DNA from: Bacteroidota bacterium
Lineage (GTDB): Bacteria; Bacteroidota; Bacteroidia; Chitinophagales; BACL12
Length of the DNA: 64,000 nucleotides
Assembly (NCBI GenBank): GCA_016718035.1
Contig: JADKEK010000001.1
Span: forward strand, 541,276 to 605,275
Direction: 5' to 3'
In this document: piece by piece, positions 48,353 to 58,356 of the stretch
Numbering within the stretch: position 1 is the stretch's first letter
Layout of the letters: each line of letters opens with the position of its first letter
Notes under the pieces: generated by a model
Databases searched by the model: none
Told to the model about the DNA's origin: nothing
The model's input: only the letters and a program-made list of their open reading frames with translations
Translations under genes and position numbers: made by a program

Positions 48353-48946
48353 ATGATTTCATCTCTGATTGTTGCAGCGGCCATGTATATTGGCCTTACA
48401 AATCCTACTGTTACTGAAACGACAATGATTTCAGAAACACCAGGTGATAGCATTGTTTGGATGCCACTTGCCGATGTAAATAAAATTGTTGAGAAGAATA
48501 TCAAAAAAAATAAGGTAAAAGAAGACAAACTGATAATTGTTGACTTTTACACTGATTGGTGCGGATGGTGCAAACGATTAGATAATGAAACTTACAAAAA
48601 TGCTGAAGTAGCGGCATTAATGAACACTTATTTTTATCCGGTAAAATTTGATGCAGAATCACGCGATAGCTTAAATTTTGCAGGTGTTCCGTATAAATTT
48701 AAGCCTTCCGGAAGTCGCGGCACAAATGAATTTGCGCTTACGATGGCTTCAAGACCAGGAGGAAGAATCGGTTACCCTACAATCACCATTATTTCCCCAA
48801 TGGGCGAAAAAATAGTGGTTGAAGCCGGTTATAAAAATGCCGATAAAATGAAATTGTTTTTGTTGTATTATGGCGAAGGTCATTACAAAACAAAAGATTA
48901 TATCACTTTTGAAAAAGAATACAACCAAAAACAGCTTACCGATTAA
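48353..48946 (+). CDS. Thioredoxin-fold protein (exported), paralogue of the preceding gene
   Basis: I chose the start at ATG 48353 (MISSLIVAAAMYIG). It has a WCGWCK motif and the same GYPT... layout as 47719-48348. Confidence 0.7.
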   Translation: MISSLIVAAAMYIGLTNPTVTETTMISETPGDSIVWMPLADVNKIVEKNIKKNKVKEDKLIIVDFYTDWCGWCKRLDNETYKNAEVAALMNTYFYPVKFDAESRDSLNFAGVPYKFKPSGSRGTNEFALTMASRPGGRIGYPTITIISPMGEKIVVEAGYKNADKMKLFLLYYGEGHYKTKDYITFEKEYNQKQLTD

Positions 48947-49021
48947 GTGCATAAAATAGTGCATAAGATTTTAGGTTTTCTTTCCTTTCTAAATAGGTGA
49001 GGGGTATATTTGCCGGGTTTT

Positions 49022-50968
49022 ATGTCATCTGCTGGAAAAAATATTCATAAACTTTCTGCTGCCGGAGTGCTAGTTACACTCGGAATTATTTTTGGTGATA
49101 TTGGTACATCACCAATCTATGTATTAAGTGCAGTAGTAGGCGATCATACCATCAGTCGCGAACTTGTGTTGGGTGGTTTGAGTTGTGTGTTTTGGACCTT
49201 GTTTATTATTACCACATTTAAATATGTATATCTCGCCTTAAATAATGATAACAGAGGTGAAGGTGGAATTTTTGCGTTATATGCAATTCACCGCAGGTTT
49301 AAAGTAAAATGGGCAATTATTCCGGCTTTAATTGGTTGTGCAGCTCTTATTGCAGATGGTTTCATTACACCACCAATTTCAATTTCTTCAGCTATAGAAG
49401 GCTTAAAACTGCTTAATCCAAATATCGACAGTGTTGTACCTTATGTCATAATTGCCATGGCTGTATTGTTTGTTATCCAGCAATTTGGAACAAACGTAGT
49501 AGGCAGGGCATTTGGACCAATTATGGGTGTTTGGTTTGCTATGATTGGTATTTTGGGTGGCATACAGGTTATTCAAAATCCTGATGTATTAAATGCACTT
49601 AATCCATATTGGGCAATTCATCTGTTAACTGATTATAAAGGTGGTTTTTGGTTACTTGGTGGTGTGTTTCTATGTTCAACTGGAGCAGAGGCCATGTATA
49701 GTGATTTAGGACATTGTGGTAAACATAATATTCGTTTCAGCTGGACATTTGTGTTAGTGATGTTGCTCCTCAATTATGCAGGTCAATCTTCTTATTTACT
49801 TACTCAAGCAGGACATACACTCGATGAACATAGTCCGTTTTACATGATTATGCCGGAATGGTTCCTACCTATCGGAATTATCATCGCTACATTGGCTACT
49901 TTAATTGCAAGTCAAGCTATTATAACCGGTTGTTTTACTTTGGTGAATGAAGCAATGAAATTAAAACTCTGGACCAATTTCAAAGTTATTTATCCATCTA
50001 CAGTTAGAGGTCAAATTTATATCCCTGCTATTAACTGGTTTTTATTTGTGGGATGTATTGCAGTGGTATTATTATTCAGAGAAGCAAAAAACATGGAAGC
50101 TGCTTATGGTTTAGCCATTACATTTGATATGATAATGACTACCATATTACTAGCCAGCTTAATGCGTTTACAAAAAAGGAATATCATATTAATCGGAATA
50201 TTTGCAGTAGTTATTCTGGCCATTGAAGGTTCATTCCTGATTTCCAATTTAAATAAATTTACGCATGGCGGTTGGTTTACAGTATCATTAGCTGTTGCCA
50301 TATTTTTTGGATTATGGATTTTTTACGAAGCGAGAAAATTACGCGCAAAACATACAGAGTTTGTTGAAATCAATAAATACCTGCCTGCTATTCAAGATTT
50401 GATGGCAGATGAATCTTTACCAAAAGAATCTACACATTTAGTATACATGTCGATGGTAAATGATAAAAACCATATTGACTCTAATATCATTTATTCCATA
50501 TTCCGCAAACGACCTAAACGCGCTGATGTATATTGGTTTGTGCACGTTGATATTGCCAATGATCCTTATTTAGCCAGTTATTCGGTTGATACTATTATTC
50601 CGAAAAAAATGTTTTTTGTGCGCCTGCGTTTTGGGTTTAAAGTAGAGCACAAGGTGAACGTGATGTTCAGACAAATAGTGGAAGAAATGGTACAAACAGG
50701 TGAAGTGGATATAGTAAGTAACTATCCAAGTTTGAGAAAACATGGTATGTATGCGGACTTCAAATTTATTCTCCTTAACTCAAGAGTAGCGAGTGATAAT
50801 AAATTAACACCTTGGGAACAAATAGTAGTGAAGGGTTATCGCTTCATCAAATCGTTGAGTTTACCTACACATGAGGATTTCGGACTAGAACTCACCAACG
50901 TTGAATACGAGATGGTTCCAATCAGTGTTAGGGATGCTATAGAAATAAAGCTGGAGCGAATTAAATAG
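49022..50968 (+). CDS. kup: KUP/HAK/KT potassium transporter
   Basis: GDIGTSPIYV signature near the N-terminus, about 12 transmembrane segments, and a cytoplasmic C-terminal domain. Confidence 0.9.
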   Translation: MSSAGKNIHKLSAAGVLVTLGIIFGDIGTSPIYVLSAVVGDHTISRELVLGGLSCVFWTLFIITTFKYVYLALNNDNRGEGGIFALYAIHRRFKVKWAIIPALIGCAALIADGFITPPISISSAIEGLKLLNPNIDSVVPYVIIAMAVLFVIQQFGTNVVGRAFGPIMGVWFAMIGILGGIQVIQNPDVLNALNPYWAIHLLTDYKGGFWLLGGVFLCSTGAEAMYSDLGHCGKHNIRFSWTFVLVMLLLNYAGQSSYLLTQAGHTLDEHSPFYMIMPEWFLPIGIIIATLATLIASQAIITGCFTLVNEAMKLKLWTNFKVIYPSTVRGQIYIPAINWFLFVGCIAVVLLFREAKNMEAAYGLAITFDMIMTTILLASLMRLQKRNIILIGIFAVVILAIEGSFLISNLNKFTHGGWFTVSLAVAIFFGLWIFYEARKLRAKHTEFVEINKYLPAIQDLMADESLPKESTHLVYMSMVNDKNHIDSNIIYSIFRKRPKRADVYWFVHVDIANDPYLASYSVDTIIPKKMFFVRLRFGFKVEHKVNVMFRQIVEEMVQTGEVDIVSNYPSLRKHGMYADFKFILLNSRVASDNKLTPWEQIVVKGYRFIKSLSLPTHEDFGLELTNVEYEMVPISVRDAIEIKLERIK

Positions 50969-51031
50969 CTACCTGACCTTCTACGCGATCGAATTTATCG
51001 GTATTAACCTGGAATATCGGTGTAAATGTGT

Positions 51032-51697
51032 CTAAATCAAGCGCGCATAAACGACCAATTCCTGATTTAATATGATAAACACATCCGCAATCAATATTAA
51101 TAGCCGGATATTTTTCTCAGCAATTTCAGCTTCAAGTGTATCGAAACGACGCGCTGAATGTCCATGCACTATTGTTTTGTTATTGATTTTAGCAGGATCA
51201 ATATCATTATAAAAATGACGTATCCAATACATGCTATTTTTATCTTTATAAATATCTTCTTCTTTAAAGTTGAAACCGGCATGTACCAGGATACAATTGT
51301 CAAGTTCAACATGTGTTGTCAAGTTGCGCACAAAAGCGTCATACTTTTTATCGAGATTTTTTAAATCGTCGATTCTGTTATAACCGAAATTCATCATGGT
51401 AGTGATACCACCATTTTTAATCCATAACTGATATCTGCGCCAGTCCCAGCAATAAGGGATAGTTTCGTCAATAGCTTGCAGAAACATGTATTCATGGTTA
51501 CCCATTAACACTGTTACTTTGTAACCATCTTCCTGCAATTGCATAACATGATCTATTACACCTTTGCTGTTAGGTCCACGGTCAATCAAATCGCCCAATA
51601 GGTATAACTCATCCTCTTTGGTAAGGTTTAACTGTGCTAAAAGATCGATAAAGGTTTGGTAACAACCATGGATGTCAGATATTGCGTAACGTTTCAT
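51032..51697 (-). CDS. Metallophosphoesterase (PrpE/ApaH-like Ser/Thr phosphatase family), C-terminus displaced by a frameshift
   Basis: Motifs ISDIHGC, GDLIDRGP, GNHE and HGH. After the A5 run (plus-strand T5 at 51111-51115) the frame reads nonsense. One extra A would give ...EKKYPAINIDCGCVYHIKSGIGRLCALDLD..., ending at 50961. Confidence 0.75.
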   Translation of the reverse strand: MKRYAISDIHGCYQTFIDLLAQLNLTKEDELYLLGDLIDRGPNSKGVIDHVMQLQEDGYKVTVLMGNHEYMFLQAIDETIPYCWDWRRYQLWIKNGGITTMMNFGYNRIDDLKNLDKKYDAFVRNLTTHVELDNCILVHAGFNFKEEDIYKDKNSMYWIRHFYNDIDPAKINNKTIVHGHSARRFDTLEAEIAEKNIRLLILIADVFIILNQELVVYARLI

Positions 51698-51700
51698 ATG

Positions 51701-54208
51701 TTATTTATATAAGGTATTTAAGGTTTTGTATTTGATTGCCGGCATACTATCACCGGCTAACTTTCCCTGCAAAGATATTTCTTTTGGGGTAGAAGGCAAC
51801 AAGTCGAAGAAATTATCCGACAATTGTAGTTCATTTTGGTCGGTATACAGGTAAAGACCGGCTACAAAAGTGTTGCTGGTAATGGTAACTACCGTATTAT
51901 CAGCATTCCAAACCATTTTTATTTCAGGCTCCTGTAAATTAAGCATTTTGGTTGGGGTAAACAGATGGAAAGTTTCGGCAATCATGGTATTGTTGTGTTT
52001 TACTGCGATATATAGCACACAATTTTCAGGGGCATATCCTTTAAGGAAATATTTGGTGTTAATTGTGGTAAATAGGGCTGATGATGCGGCCTCCAGCTTA
52101 ACGGGTTGTGTATTTGTCTCGATAATAAATCCTTTAGTAGTCATTAACGAATAGGTAAGCTCAGCATCTACGGGTGCTAACTTGTCATTTATTAACCAGG
52201 TAGACAAATTGCCCTTTTCCTCAATAATGCTGATTAATACATCGGCATAGGCTTTTTTAACAGTATAATATGAAGCTTTTCGGTTGAAGTAATAATCAAT
52301 GGTACTCCAGCTGGTTACCGGCCAGCAATCGTTGAGTTGCCAAAACAACGTGCCCATGCAATAAGGCCTGTTCCGTCGATGTGCTTCAATGGCTATTTGC
52401 ATACCTTTTGCCTGCAGAAGTTGGGAAACATAAATGTAATCTTCAAATTTTTCGGGTATACGGTATTCTCTTTCCATATATGCCTCAATGGTTTCGTAAC
52501 CCACCGGATGCTTTTGATGGTTTTTAACTGATGGAGAGGTCAGGTATAATTCATTTTCAGGTATAAACTGTTTGAATGCATTAAATGGCGGCATTCCCTG
52601 AAAACCATATTCACTCATAAACCTGGGAATTTTTTCATTAAACACTGTAAATGGTTGTTTGCCCCACCAAACGCCCCAATAATGTGCATCACCGTTTGTC
52701 ATACTTTCTTTGCGACCCCAACCATGTAAAGGTGATGAAGCATGATAGTTGGGATATTTATTGGTGGCTGATAAAATAGTTCGCGGAATTACTTCATTAA
52801 ATAAACGACTATTCGCTTGCGCAATAAATGCGGAATCGGCATCGCTATAATTAAATTGTTTTTGCCATCCCCAATTTTTCCAGCCCTCATCATTTTCATT
52901 ATTACCGCACCATAATGCTAAACTAGGATGATGTTTTAATCGATTTACCTGTTGCGTAAATTCAGTTTCCCATTGTGGAGCGTTGGGATACATGGCACAG
53001 GCAAACATAAAATCCTGCCAAATTAAAATACCTAACGAATCGCATAAATTATAGAGATAATCCGATTCATAAATCCCACCTCCCCATACACGAATCATAT
53101 TCATGTTCATGTTTTTGGCTTCGGTAACTATTTTGCGATAATGTTCGTGTGTTGCAGCGGGAGAGAAGCTGTGTAATGGAATTAAATTGGCGCCTTTGGC
53201 AAAAATGGTGGTACCGTTTACTGTGAAATAAAACGATTCACCTTTTTCATCTTGTTGTTGTATTAATTTGATATTGCTAAAACCGGTGGTGATGTTTTTT
53301 TCGAACAGCACTTTATTTTTATGTATCAACTGTAATTTAAAATTGTACATAGCCGGTTCACCATACCCATTTGGAAACCATCGTTTAGTGATAGGAAATG
53401 TTACACTAAAATGTTCGGTGGTTGGGAAATGCGCATAATATGCCATTGCATATAATACAGTATCGGTTGTGATTTCTTTAAAAACAATCTTATAATCGCT
53501 TTTATTATTTGCCTGAAAATTTAATTTGACATCGATTTTAGCTATGTCGTTGTTGTCTTCAAAAAAATTGATATCCGATTCTTTAACGCGAATGTTGTCT
53601 TCCGCAAAAAGTGTGACAGGTTTCCAAATACCTGCTGTAACTAAACGAGGTCCCCAATCCCAGCCAAATTGATATTGCGCCTTTCGAACAAATACACGTT
53701 CCTCGCCTGGAAGTGGGACAGGGTATTGTTGTTGGAGCACTTTCGCTTTGTTGACTGAAGAATAAAATTTGATATACAATTTATTCACCCCTTTTTGCAA
53801 CAAATTTTTTACATCGATGGTATGTTCAACAAACATATTTTCATTCTGCAAAATGAGCGAATCATTTAAAAATACATCTGCGTAAGTATCTAATCCTTCA
53901 AAACGAATATGGATGAAATCATTTTTGAGGAATTTATTTTTCACTTCAAAAAATGTCTGATATTCCCAATCTTCACGTTCAACCCATTCCACTGTTTTTT
54001 CGTTGTTGCCATAAAACGGGTCGGCAATTATACCTGCATGCAATAAATCGGTATGCACGCATCCGGGAACAATGGCTTTTATCCAAGATGTAGAATCTCC
54101 AACCTTTCGGAATTGCCAATTTTGTAAATCGATAACCATGTTTTGTTGTGCTGCTAATGGCAACACCAGCAGCAGATATACAATAAGCGTGCAAATGTGT
54201 TTATTCAT
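51701..54208 (-). CDS. Glycoside hydrolase family 2 (beta-mannosidase-like)
   Basis: 835 aa with a signal peptide, a GH2 sugar-binding/Ig/TIM layout, and a WCGNNE acid-base region. Its operon context includes hexosaminidase and glycosylasparaginase. Confidence 0.8.
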   Translation of the reverse strand: MNKHICTLIVYLLLVLPLAAQQNMVIDLQNWQFRKVGDSTSWIKAIVPGCVHTDLLHAGIIADPFYGNNEKTVEWVEREDWEYQTFFEVKNKFLKNDFIHIRFEGLDTYADVFLNDSLILQNENMFVEHTIDVKNLLQKGVNKLYIKFYSSVNKAKVLQQQYPVPLPGEERVFVRKAQYQFGWDWGPRLVTAGIWKPVTLFAEDNIRVKESDINFFEDNNDIAKIDVKLNFQANNKSDYKIVFKEITTDTVLYAMAYYAHFPTTEHFSVTFPITKRWFPNGYGEPAMYNFKLQLIHKNKVLFEKNITTGFSNIKLIQQQDEKGESFYFTVNGTTIFAKGANLIPLHSFSPAATHEHYRKIVTEAKNMNMNMIRVWGGGIYESDYLYNLCDSLGILIWQDFMFACAMYPNAPQWETEFTQQVNRLKHHPSLALWCGNNENDEGWKNWGWQKQFNYSDADSAFIAQANSRLFNEVIPRTILSATNKYPNYHASSPLHGWGRKESMTNGDAHYWGVWWGKQPFTVFNEKIPRFMSEYGFQGMPPFNAFKQFIPENELYLTSPSVKNHQKHPVGYETIEAYMEREYRIPEKFEDYIYVSQLLQAKGMQIAIEAHRRNRPYCMGTLFWQLNDCWPVTSWSTIDYYFNRKASYYTVKKAYADVLISIIEEKGNLSTWLINDKLAPVDAELTYSLMTTKGFIIETNTQPVKLEAASSALFTTINTKYFLKGYAPENCVLYIAVKHNNTMIAETFHLFTPTKMLNLQEPEIKMVWNADNTVVTITSNTFVAGLYLYTDQNELQLSDNFFDLLPSTPKEISLQGKLAGDSMPAIKYKTLNTLYK

Positions 54209-54951
54209 GCAGAAAATGAGGAGGTAATTTTTTTGAGTGCTGCGACTTCGTCAGGATTTACACAAGTGAGGTGACTGAAATCATAAATGCCTTCTTTATA
54301 CACATAACCAATTGTTGGTTTTGATATTGCCGGCATTTTGGCAGAAGTATGAATTTGTGTGCAACCGGTAAATTCAATAATTGCCGCTGCGTTGTTGGCA
54401 TTTACACCAGCACCCGGTAAAATTTCTATTCGGCCATTTGATTGTGTTATTAATGTTTTTATCAGTTGTCTGCCATCCCATGCCGATGCTTCCTGTCCTG
54501 AAGTCAGTATTCGTTTAAATCCAATTTTAATTGCTGCTTCTAATGCAACAAGCGGATCGGCGGTCATGTCGAATGCTCGTTGCAACGTACAACTCATTGG
54601 AGCCGCTAAATCCACCAGCATTTTATTTCGTTCAAAATCCAAATTGCCATCTTGTTGAATGATGCCAAAAATGACATTTTTAACGCCAATGTTTTTGCAA
54701 TGTATAATATCCTGTTGCATGACTTCAAATTCATGGCCATCATAAATAAAATCACCACCACGTGGTCGAATCATGACAACAATATGCTCGGGAGAAATAA
54801 TCTTAAACGCTTCGGTAATTGCAGCATGAGATGGTGTGATGCCACCTTCCACATAAGAAGCACATAATTCAATACGGTCGGCACCTGCATTTACTGCATG
54901 TACAACATCGGTTGAATTAAATGTGCAAATTTCAAGTAATACCTTGGTCAT
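54205..54951 (-). CDS. cutC: CutC family protein
   Basis: 248 aa with the start MTKVLLEICTFNSTDVVHAVNAGADRIELC, typical of CutC TIM-barrel proteins. Its stop overlaps the GH2 start (ATGA). Confidence 0.8.
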   Translation of the reverse strand: MTKVLLEICTFNSTDVVHAVNAGADRIELCASYVEGGITPSHAAITEAFKIISPEHIVVMIRPRGGDFIYDGHEFEVMQQDIIHCKNIGVKNVIFGIIQQDGNLDFERNKMLVDLAAPMSCTLQRAFDMTADPLVALEAAIKIGFKRILTSGQEASAWDGRQLIKTLITQSNGRIEILPGAGVNANNAAAIIEFTGCTQIHTSAKMPAISKPTIGYVYKEGIYDFSHLTCVNPDEVAALKKITSSFSA

Positions 54952-54953
54952 TG

Positions 54954-55943
54954 TTATTTTGTAGGTGCTGGATAATAAGCGTCTGAGGTAAATATTTGAT
55001 TGGGAATATTATTAGAATACACCGCGTAATTAAAACCGGTTTGTAAACAATATCCACCGAATTCACCGTTTTTATTTAAGGCAATAAAACCTACTTGAAA
55101 TTCTTTCGTTTTTTCTTTCCGAATTTTCACCATTCGCATAACTGCTTCTTTACAAGCTTCATAGGGTGAATAATTTTGCCGCATCAATTCAACTACCAAA
55201 TGTGTTCCTGCAATACGAATTACTTCTTCTCCAGTGCCGGTTGCAGTAGCGGCGCCAATTTCATTGTCTACATATAAACCGGCTCCAATAATAGGAGAGT
55301 CCCCAATTCTGCCACGCATTTTGTAAGCAAGTCCACTTGTTGTACATGCACCTGAAAGATTGCCGTTTGCATCCATGGCAATCATACCGATAGTATCATG
55401 ATTTTCGATATTAATTATGGGTTTATAAGTAGAAGTTTTTAACCATTTTTTATAATCTTCAAGTGATTCAGGGTTTTCATAATTATCTAATTTAAATCCC
55501 TGTGATAATGCAAATTGTTGTGCACCTTCTCCAACCAACATCACATGTGGTGTATTTTCCATTACCTTGCGGGCAACGGCAATTGGATTTTTTATTTTTT
55601 CTAAAAATGCAACAGCACCACAATTATAATTTTCATCCATAATACAGGCATCCAAAGTTGTTTTACCTTCTCTGTCGGGCCTACCGGCTAATCCAACCGA
55701 AGTAGAAAACAAATCATTTTCGGCAACCATTACGCCGGCTTCAACTGCATCGAGTGCACGACCATTTTTTTGCAAAATGGCCCAGGCATCTTTATTGGCC
55801 ATTAAACCAAAATCCCAGGTAGATAAAACGATTGGTTTATGCAAAGGGGCTTTGGCAGCAATTGTTTTTGCAAACGTGTTACTGCTAGTAAGTGCACCAG
55901 CGCCAAGTGCTGCTGCTTTAATAAAATTTCTTCTACTTGCCAT
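54954..55943 (-). CDS. N4-(beta-N-acetylglucosaminyl)-L-asparaginase (glycosylasparaginase, Ntn hydrolase)
   Basis: Twin-arginine-type signal MASRRNFIKAAALGAGAL, autoprocessing site HDTIGMIA, and a GAATATGTGE block. Confidence 0.8.
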   Translation of the reverse strand: MASRRNFIKAAALGAGALTSSNTFAKTIAAKAPLHKPIVLSTWDFGLMANKDAWAILQKNGRALDAVEAGVMVAENDLFSTSVGLAGRPDREGKTTLDACIMDENYNCGAVAFLEKIKNPIAVARKVMENTPHVMLVGEGAQQFALSQGFKLDNYENPESLEDYKKWLKTSTYKPIINIENHDTIGMIAMDANGNLSGACTTSGLAYKMRGRIGDSPIIGAGLYVDNEIGAATATGTGEEVIRIAGTHLVVELMRQNYSPYEACKEAVMRMVKIRKEKTKEFQVGFIALNKNGEFGGYCLQTGFNYAVYSNNIPNQIFTSDAYYPAPTK

Positions 55944-55972
55944 ATAGTGATGTTTGTGCTGATTAAAGTTAA

Positions 55973-58246
55973 TTACTCCACTGATATTTCATCTATAAAT
56001 AACCAGGGTTTAGAACCGGCTCCCGGATTTCCGGAAGGGATAGTGCCTAAATTTATTGCTTCAATTTTAATATATCTACCTGTTTTAACTGTTGAGCTAA
56101 TTGTAATCGCATTACGTTTTTGATCACCGTTATATTTTATTTTACCGGCCTGTTCGTAATTTTTACCATTGGTGGAAACCCAAATTTGAACCGATTCTGC
56201 TGGGTAAATCCAACTTAATTTGTCGTATAAACAACCTATCGTTACTGAATGAATTGAATCGATTTCGCCAAGGTCTATGATTGCTTGCAAATCGGTACCT
56301 AAAAAACCTAACCATTCGCTGCCATTCCAACTTGGATTTACGGTTGCTTCCACGCCATTGATTAATGTAAAACCTCCATCGGCACTATATTTTTTGGATG
56401 GTTCATTTTTTAAGGTAATACTTTTGCCGGTTGCTTTATTGAATTTTAATTTGATTTGTGTAGTTGGGGTATTTTTTATGGAGCCGTTTAATTGTGCGCT
56501 TATATAAGGTGTTTCAGCACTGACAGTAAAAGGATTTTCATAAGTGAAATTATTTTTACTTCCGTTTAAAACATTAATGGTTTGCACATCAATTTTGCCT
56601 AATTGAGGGTTAGATAATAATGTAATGTTTAATTTATTTAATTCACTCGCCGGCGTAACCTTGTAATTTATTTGATAAATAGATTTAGCATAATTGGTAT
56701 TAGTTTTATCCAGTAATTGGAAATGGAATAGTAATCGGCTTAAAAAATCATCATAATTTTTATTTTCCTTTGAGGTCCACAGCACTTCACTTAAAGCCAA
56801 CATTCTTGGCAATAACATATATTCTACTTGTTCCGGGAAATTGATGTATTCGGTCCAGATATTTGCCTGTGCACCTAATATGTAAGTAGCTTGTTCCGGT
56901 GTTAGTGAAGCAGGAATAGGATTAAAGCCATACACTTTATCTAAAGGCACAAATCCGCCAATAGCCAGTGGTTCCAATTGTGGTGCACCCTGATAATAAT
57001 CAAAATAACAATGACTACCGGGCGTCATGATGGCATAATGTTTTTGCTGCGCAGCCAATACTGCACCTTCTTCACCACGCCAACTCATAATCGTAGCATT
57101 TTGTGCTAAACCACCTTCTAAAATTTCATCCCATCCAATAATACTTCTGCCTTTGCTGTTGACATATTTTTCTATGCGTTGAATAAAATAACTTTGTAAA
57201 CCATGTTCATTAACTAATCCCTTTTCTTTTATTAATTGTTGACAGTGACTGCAATTTTTCCAACGTATTTTTTCCACTTCATCGCCACCAACATGTATAT
57301 ATGGTGAAGGAAATAAAGCCATCACTTCGTCCAAAACATTTTCAAGAAAAATAAAGGTGGAATCGTTAGGACAAAATACATCTTCAAAAACACCCCAACC
57401 TTTTGCTACCTGATAAGTAGTGTCTTTAACACAACCAAGTTCAGGATATGCAGCTAAGGCAGCCATACAATGTCCCGGCATTTCAATTTCAGGGATAATG
57501 GTAATATGTCTGTCGGTAGCATACCTGACAATTTCTTTTATTTCTTTTTGTGTATAAAATCCGCCGTAACGAACATTATCATATTGCTGGTCGCGATAAT
57601 GACCAACCATAGTGCCATCGCGCCATGCGCCAATTTCGGTAAGTTTAGGATATTGTTTTATTTCAATTCTCCAACCCTGATCATCGGTTAAATGCCAATG
57701 AAAAGTATTCATTTTATACATGGCTAAATAATCGATATATTTTTTGATAAATGCTATATCAAAAAAATGTCTTGAGCAATCGAGATGCATGCCACGATAT
57801 TGAAATTGCGGATAATCTGTAATTTCTCCGCAAGGTATCTGAACCGTATTACCTGTTTTTTCAATTAATTGCATTATTGATAAAAGTCCGTATAAAACGC
57901 CGCCATTATTTTTCCCGGTAATGGTAATGTTTTCCGGGCTAATCAAAATATGATAACCGCCATCTGCGACAGCTAGTGTAGAATCATATTTAAGTGCAAT
58001 ATGTTTGCCAACGCCAATTGATTTTGTTGCTGTTTTAAGTGGAAGATTATAATATTTAATCAGAAAATCTTTAATTACATATCCATCCTTATAGGCAACC
58101 TGGTCGTTGCCAAGAAAATAAGTTGTTGGATCAAATGTAAAATAACCCGGAGCAGGTTTTACGGACAAAGGTGCCGGAATAATTTTATTTTGAGCTATAG
58201 CAGATAGCCCCATGAGGATAAAAACTAAACCCAACCATTTTTTCAT
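55973..58246 (-). CDS. GH20 beta-N-acetylhexosaminidase with C-terminal F5/8-type-C (discoidin)-like domain
   Basis: Signal peptide, RGMHLDCSRHF, and the catalytic HVGGDEV motif. The C-terminal ~150 aa look like a carbohydrate-binding module. Confidence 0.85.
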   Translation of the reverse strand: MKKWLGLVFILMGLSAIAQNKIIPAPLSVKPAPGYFTFDPTTYFLGNDQVAYKDGYVIKDFLIKYYNLPLKTATKSIGVGKHIALKYDSTLAVADGGYHILISPENITITGKNNGGVLYGLLSIMQLIEKTGNTVQIPCGEITDYPQFQYRGMHLDCSRHFFDIAFIKKYIDYLAMYKMNTFHWHLTDDQGWRIEIKQYPKLTEIGAWRDGTMVGHYRDQQYDNVRYGGFYTQKEIKEIVRYATDRHITIIPEIEMPGHCMAALAAYPELGCVKDTTYQVAKGWGVFEDVFCPNDSTFIFLENVLDEVMALFPSPYIHVGGDEVEKIRWKNCSHCQQLIKEKGLVNEHGLQSYFIQRIEKYVNSKGRSIIGWDEILEGGLAQNATIMSWRGEEGAVLAAQQKHYAIMTPGSHCYFDYYQGAPQLEPLAIGGFVPLDKVYGFNPIPASLTPEQATYILGAQANIWTEYINFPEQVEYMLLPRMLALSEVLWTSKENKNYDDFLSRLLFHFQLLDKTNTNYAKSIYQINYKVTPASELNKLNITLLSNPQLGKIDVQTINVLNGSKNNFTYENPFTVSAETPYISAQLNGSIKNTPTTQIKLKFNKATGKSITLKNEPSKKYSADGGFTLINGVEATVNPSWNGSEWLGFLGTDLQAIIDLGEIDSIHSVTIGCLYDKLSWIYPAESVQIWVSTNGKNYEQAGKIKYNGDQKRNAITISSTVKTGRYIKIEAINLGTIPSGNPGAGSKPWLFIDEISVE

Positions 58247-58356
58247 GGGGTGAAAATAAGAAGATGTTGCTGTACCTCAAATGGAAACCCTTGAAAATAC
58301 GTGGACAACTCCACATAAATTTCAGCGCACATCATTAAAGCAATACGAACACGAAA

